Source: Tubiluchus corallicola
Lineage: Eukaryota; Animalia; Priapulida
Assembly: GCA_030141605.1 (NCBI GenBank)
Contig: JAQGDQ010000542.1
Location: 1-64,000 of the forward strand
DNA: 64,000 nucleotides
Direction of reading: 5' to 3'
Position numbers and translations under genes: made by a program. The stretch's first letter is position 1. Each line of letters opens with the position of its first letter. Below are positions 1-64,000 of the stretch, piece after piece. The notes below the pieces were generated by a model. The model was given only the letters and a program-made list of their open reading frames with translations. It did no database searches and was not told the origin of the DNA.

Positions 1-324
1 ACAACAAGTGGGTTGTTGTGTGGTGTGGGTGTTGGTTTTGTGTGTTTGTTGTTTTTGGTTTTTTGGTTTGTTGCAATAAAACAGCCACTACCAACACCAC
101 CACTACCACCACCGCCAGCAACACTGCCAGTAACAGGGCCAGCAACAGCGCCGGCACCAGCAACAGCAACAGCAGCAGCAACACTGACAACAATAATCAT
201 TGTTTAAAGTCAGCTTTTAGATAAACAATTAACATAAGCTCAAAGAGCTTTTTGCCGACTATAAATAACAGTACTGTCGCCTACATAATAGAGACTATTA
301 TTGCCCCACTTTTACCCTAAATAA

Positions 325-418
325 CACGTACCAGGCAGAGCAAGTACAATTTTTATAAAGTCTTTTGTATGACACCGCCTCACGACCTTCCTGCGAAAAG
401 CAGTCACCACTAGACTAT
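325..418 (-). mobile_element. tRNA-derived SINE fragment
   Basis: Reverse complement reads GTCTAGTGGTG...GGTCGTGAG...GTCATACAAAAGACTTTATAAAAATTGTACTTGCTCTGCCTGGT. Confidence 0.6.
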
Positions 419-1056
419 ATCATCTAGTGAGGTACGGTTTTAATAATTTTAATATTATGATATTTATAAATACACTAGAGCTTGACTGCAACAATTTATT
501 TACATGCTATAATTCAGAATGAAAGTTGCAAAAACATTTCAACTAGTTAACTAATTATATAATACAATAACATAAGCTTTTATTGCAGTAAACGGAAAAT
601 AGGAACTATGATACTGCAATTGTTAAAACATAATTCGACTCATCCTCAAGGTAAAATTTCGGAGATATAAATCAGTTTGTTTCAAGAATACTCGGCAATA
701 TGACCTGTTAACATCTCAAACTATTTGCTGTGTGTTGGCTTGCTGCCTGACAAGTCACGATAAATGGAAGAGAAATGTGACAATTTGCCTGTGTTTTGGA
801 GGTTCATTGCTAAGGAACTCAAATCAAAAGTTTTTAATTTCTTTTTAGGAATAATTGCCATAACAAATAAACTGTATTGTGAACCATAATGCGTACTGTA
901 CAACAGAAATCTACAAGTGTAACATTGTTTCAACTGAATTCAGTAATGAAAATAAGGCACGTAAACAGTGGATAGAGATCGTATAGACTTTGTGCTTCTA
1001 TAATCTTGTTTATGTGAGTTTTATGCACCCTGGCTGGCTCACTCCGTCACCCTCAG

Positions 1057-1428
1057 AATAAGCCTTTTCACAGCTCCAGCGATTGATGATGATCGGTAAA
1101 AGATCAAAGGTTAAGTGTACCAGACAACGCATTTTTGTACATCTGACAACGCCTCCCAGCCCATGCTATTTTGTAGCTAGCTAGTAATAGTAGCTTGCTA
1201 GAACCTTACCTAATTCATTTTTTATTAGATCCTGCTAATAAATCATTCTAAGCTGAGACTAATGCATAATTAAGTAAAGTCCACGTAAAACAACTGAAGT
1301 TACTAAACTGATGAGGCAGACGACTTTACCCACATATCACGTGACGGTTGCAGTTAAGTCGCATTGCTGTGGTACACTTAAGATTTGACCTACAGCGTGT
1401 GCGCTCAACGAAACTGTGAAGACTTATT
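1057..1428 (+). mobile_element. MITE family A, copy 1
   Basis: Ends AATAAGCCTTTTCACAG ... CTGTGAAGACTTATT; aligns along its length with four other copies. Confidence 0.88.
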
Positions 1429-2159
1429 ACGTCACACATACGAAGCTAAGCCCTCAGTTTATTGAACTTTTTAATCTGGACATGGCCTAAAGATTACTCC
1501 GTGAAAAAGTGGAAATTGGGCAAGCCTGGATTTAAACCATAAAGAATAAACTCCTTGAGTTATAAGTACAGTACATTGTTTCAGACCACTAGGCCACTCA
1601 GTCCCTTCTGCTTAATAAACTTGTAATTAATAGTTGCTTGTAATAATCTATTCTGTAGCAACAAACTCTGATTTGGTCCACTGTTAATTATAATTACAGG
1701 TCTTGATATGCTCTGTATAAACTGAAGTACGATTTATTATCTAGATATGTGGGTGTCACAGCAGGTATTCATTTCAGTAATCACAACAAAACAACAAATG
1801 TTGGTTGAAATTACATGTCTCCTCTCCTCACCCCTTCTTTGCTCTTCCGTCTTCTGCTTTGCTCTGCTCTAGTCTGCTTTGCTTTCGACGCCGCTCTTCT
1901 CCTCTGTTCTTTTCTCTCCTTTCCTCTTCTCCAGAATTAACTAAATCTTTCAATTTATCTGGTTGTGGTCAGAAGAGATGCTGTACCCTACACTGTGCAT
2001 ATTAACTTTTCGTGTGGGCGATTTCCTCTAGTTTATTTAACGTCATTATTGATTATGCCACTCTACTGAGGTGGAATGTGCTAAGTACTAACACATGTGT
2101 TGCATTATCACTGTGAGCGTATGTAAAAATTTCAGGGTCGAAGCCCTTCCACTGATGCT

Positions 2160-3240
2160 TCACAAGGGATGACACATTGGCGACAAGAAATTCGCCTATC
2201 GCGGTCCTTTTGATTTGTTTAAAATCTTGGTCTTTAATCTAAATTATTTCGACAAGTTTTGGTGCCTAGACTCGACGAAAACCTCAGTAGATTTTGCTGA
2301 AAGCGTTCAAAGCTGTACAGCATGTGGGCTGGGCCACGTGTCGCGCGGTGACTGACGTCTGTTACGCTCTAATTGGGACGGTTGGCTTCCTCAAAGATAA
2401 GCAGAAAAGGAAACCAAACTAAGTCGATTTAACGAAAGCATTAATTGGCGACGCAATTACGCGTAAGCGAGTTCTAGGACTCGAACGTTTCTTCAACAAA
2501 CTGCTTTTTTGTATAAAAAGTCTAGAATGCTTGGAATGTGTGAACTAACTTCAACATTTTTATGGATGGTGACATTACCGCTAAACAGAATAACCTTGAC
2601 ACTAAGAGTAGCAATGATAAATTCTAGAGAACTTTATTAATAGACAACAAGACGACGATTTTATAAATTCTCCTAAAGTAACCAGTGTAACAAAAGAGTC
2701 TGGCCGCGTTTCATTTTTACTTAAATTAAAACTACCCTTTCGCGTATTGAACGTGAAAATTTCCGTTCTTCCCAACCACTGCTGTCTGCAACGCAAAGTA
2801 CAGTCTCTTCGCATTGGTCTGCAAAACGACAGAAGATTGATACAAGTTGATTACAATTTTAAATTACCAGAAGGTTTTAGGATTTATTTTAAATGACTGG
2901 ATTCCAGTGTAATCAGTGTTTGAGTTTGGTGACTGATATGCTAATGGAAATGTTCAAATATTAATAACAGCAATTCATTATTGTGCCTTGATTTTAGTAA
3001 TGCTACTTCCTGCTGCAACTACAATTTTCAGTGATGCTAAGGCTTAAAATGTAACTTGTGTTAAAAGCTGAAGAGCTTCATCAAAACTCAAAAGTTAAAC
3101 CTACGTGAAAGATCGGCGAAGCTAGATCTACCCCATGGAGTGATGACAGACCGGCGTGACAAATGATAATCCTTTTTGTTGTACAATAGATTGATTTTGC
3201 CGCTGATTAATGGCAGTGTGTGACGTCACAATCAGTAAGT
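2160..3240 (+). promoter_or_regulatory. candidate promoter / first non-coding exon region
   Basis: Locally CpG-rich against an AT-rich background; CACGTG at 2335, several ATTGG boxes, full CRE TGACGTCA at 3221-3228, donor-like GTAAGT at 3235. Confidence 0.4.
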
Positions 3241-4979
3241 TAAATGGCAAATTCCAATTAGACTAATTAAATAAATAACAGAGAACCTACAAAAGTTATC
3301 CCTTTTTAGCATACGTATTATATAATTAGGAAAACACAAGCTTATTGTAGTGCTAACTAAGTTTGACCAAAAGGATGGACCAATGAACTGGACCACTGAC
3401 TGGGTCTGCATTTGAAGCAATGACTTTTGAATTAGCGGTTGAAAACTAATTTCTTGGTTTCATCTATCATTTATCATAATAATTTGTAAGTTCATTCACT
3501 CACTGACTACCAGTATTCCAAAACTGAGGGTACAAGTAATTAATAATTATCATATTATATTGGCTGTTTTATTGCAATGCGTATAATGGCCAAGATAAAC
3601 TGCATTAATGGATGGACAATTCATTTGAAGCACTACAGTTTATAACCTGTAGTGATCACCCACATCCACACAGGTAGTCAGGTACTGTCGCAGCTTGTTT
3701 GTCTGTGTGTCTGTGTTCCAGTGTGTTGTTGTCTGCACAATAAAATAAATAGGGATGAAACTATACAGCGCCTTGTAGTTGCTGCAATGTTAATTAATTG
3801 TAACAAGTTCAAAACTTATCAATGAAATATTGCCACGTATTTGCTTTATCTCTGATCATCCTTCAAGCTACTGAATTGAGTCATTGAATTTAGCCATTGT
3901 TGCTTTTTTACATGGGCAATGGATGCTGTAGTAAAATATGAAACTGCTGAAGCACTGCTTGGCCACATTACGTAATAATTGTATGTGTCCTGTACTGTTT
4001 TTTCAAAAATTCTAATCAAGTGAGGATCTTTGACTGCATATGAACACATGTTATGAAGTTTACATACAGAGAAAATTACAATATCTGCTAATAACAATTT
4101 TACAGGTATCTTGCTTTCACTGAAAATTCCTGATTAAATAAGAAATGTCCACATTTCCTGAAACTGATACACATTTATGCTATAAAAATAAATAGCTGTA
4201 GTAATAAATAGAATTTATTATTATTATCATTATTGTGTCGTCATTGTCGGCATCAGCTTTCACATTGACACAGCTTTACTGGTTCTCTATGCTTTTCTAT
4301 TCAATTTTCTTCTTTTCATTAGTCCTCTTTTTTCTTTCCCATTTCTTCGAGGTGGCTTTTCCCTTATCCGGCTGTGTTGTCATTTTTAGTTCCCTCAGCT
4401 TCACAGCTTTAATGTATGTACCTGAAATTAAGCTATATTCTTAAATTTTTTACAGAAATGCCAAAATCTGTTTATACGTTGAGAAATAAAATCTTGAAAT
4501 TTTGAGATCTTTCCTTTGAAAATTTACAGTTTTTCGTTACTTCGTCAACTTCCTTGATTTACATTTGTACCCTTATATAATAAATGTAATTTATAGAACA
4601 TTTTTCTTGATATGTGTTGCATATAATAGTAGTATACGTATACCTTATCTTACTAAAGTGGCTTTTACTCTTCAGCCTTATATAAATTTTAATGCTTAGC
4701 GAGAATGTAAGCTTCTGTTTCGTGGACCTAATTACCTCTCTGTCAGTCTGTGACTCTGCTTATGTTAATTATCTTTCCTATGTTTGAGACACAGATGTAG
4801 ATTATATATTCGAAAAGATATATGTAACTATAATAGCTTATCTGACGTTGTTTTTCTTCCATTGTTATCAATCTTGTTCAAGTTATGCCTGGCCAGTCAT
4901 ATCATTTTTGTATACCTTTTTTAAGCTATTTACTATTCTTATAGAATCTGCCCGATTGACATCAGTTACTTCATTTATT

Positions 4980-5320
4980 ACGGTGCTTTTTGTAAAAGTA
5001 GATAATTTTCTTTTTATTTCATTTTTACAGTGTTTTTTTGTAAAAGTAGGTAATGTTCTTTTTATTTTATTTATTTCGTAGCTTTTTGTAAAAGTAGGTC
5101 ATGTTCTTTTTACTTTATTTATTTCGTAGCTTTTTGTAAAAGTAGGTCATGTTCTTTTTACTTTATTTATTTCGTAGCTTTTTGTAAAAGTAGGTCATGT
5201 TCTTTTTATTTCATTTATTACAATGTTTTTTGTAAAAGTAGGTAATATTCTTTTTATTTCATTTATATTACAGTGCTTTTTATAAAATTAGATAATGTTT
5301 TTTTATAATTGTAAGTGTAT
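4980..5320. repeat. T-rich minisatellite, about 45-48 bp unit
   Basis: TTTTTGTAAAAGTAGGTCATGTTCTTTTTA... repeated about 7 times. Confidence 0.9.
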
Positions 5321-5528
5321 CTTATTTAATTGTCTCCATAGTGGGTGCTAGTGGGTATTAATTTTTTAATAACTATACTGAAGAATTTTGAGTTTAGTCA
5401 TAGCACCCCATTTTATTGTCATCTAGTTTTGGGAGAGCAGCTTACTTGCCAACCATCTTTGTCTTTTATCAGCAAAATTCATTTTACAGGATGCGTGATG
5501 TAAACGGATAAAACCTACGGGTGCAGAA

Positions 5529-63988
<58,460 letters not shown>

Positions 63989-64000
63989 GTAAGTGAATAT

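Noticed and set aside
721-933. Possible divergent upstream gene exon on the minus strand
   Set aside because: No recognisable homology or clear splice sites.

Overview
AT-rich, repeat-dense animal genomic DNA, probably invertebrate; the species cannot be determined from the sequence. Most of the window is one + strand multi-exon gene for a voltage-gated calcium channel auxiliary subunit alpha2-delta, most like CACNA2D3/4 and fly straightjacket. I traced 26 phase-consistent coding exons by hand from the signal-peptide exon (ATG 5529) to 63988. They total 2915 nt, about 971 codons, and the gene runs off the right edge before the delta chain and GPI-anchor end. Gene-level features of note are a GC-AG intron after exon 4, an imperfect MIDAS, uORFs just before the start, and three candidate in-frame cassette or micro-exons (60, 6 and 6 nt) in the dCache1 ligand-pocket loop. 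The introns hold five copies of a TIR MITE carrying nuclear-receptor DR1-like motifs, two inverted solo LTRs with intact 5-bp TSDs, Kolobok-, piggyBac-, Tigger- and hAT-like MITEs, tRNA- and 5S-derived SINEs, RTE/CR1 LINE remnants and many micro- and minisatellites. Almost all long ORFs in the supplied track are repeat artefacts. I found no CRISPR array and nothing I can support as a wholly new biological system. Family and homolog assignments come from recalled motifs, not from database searches.
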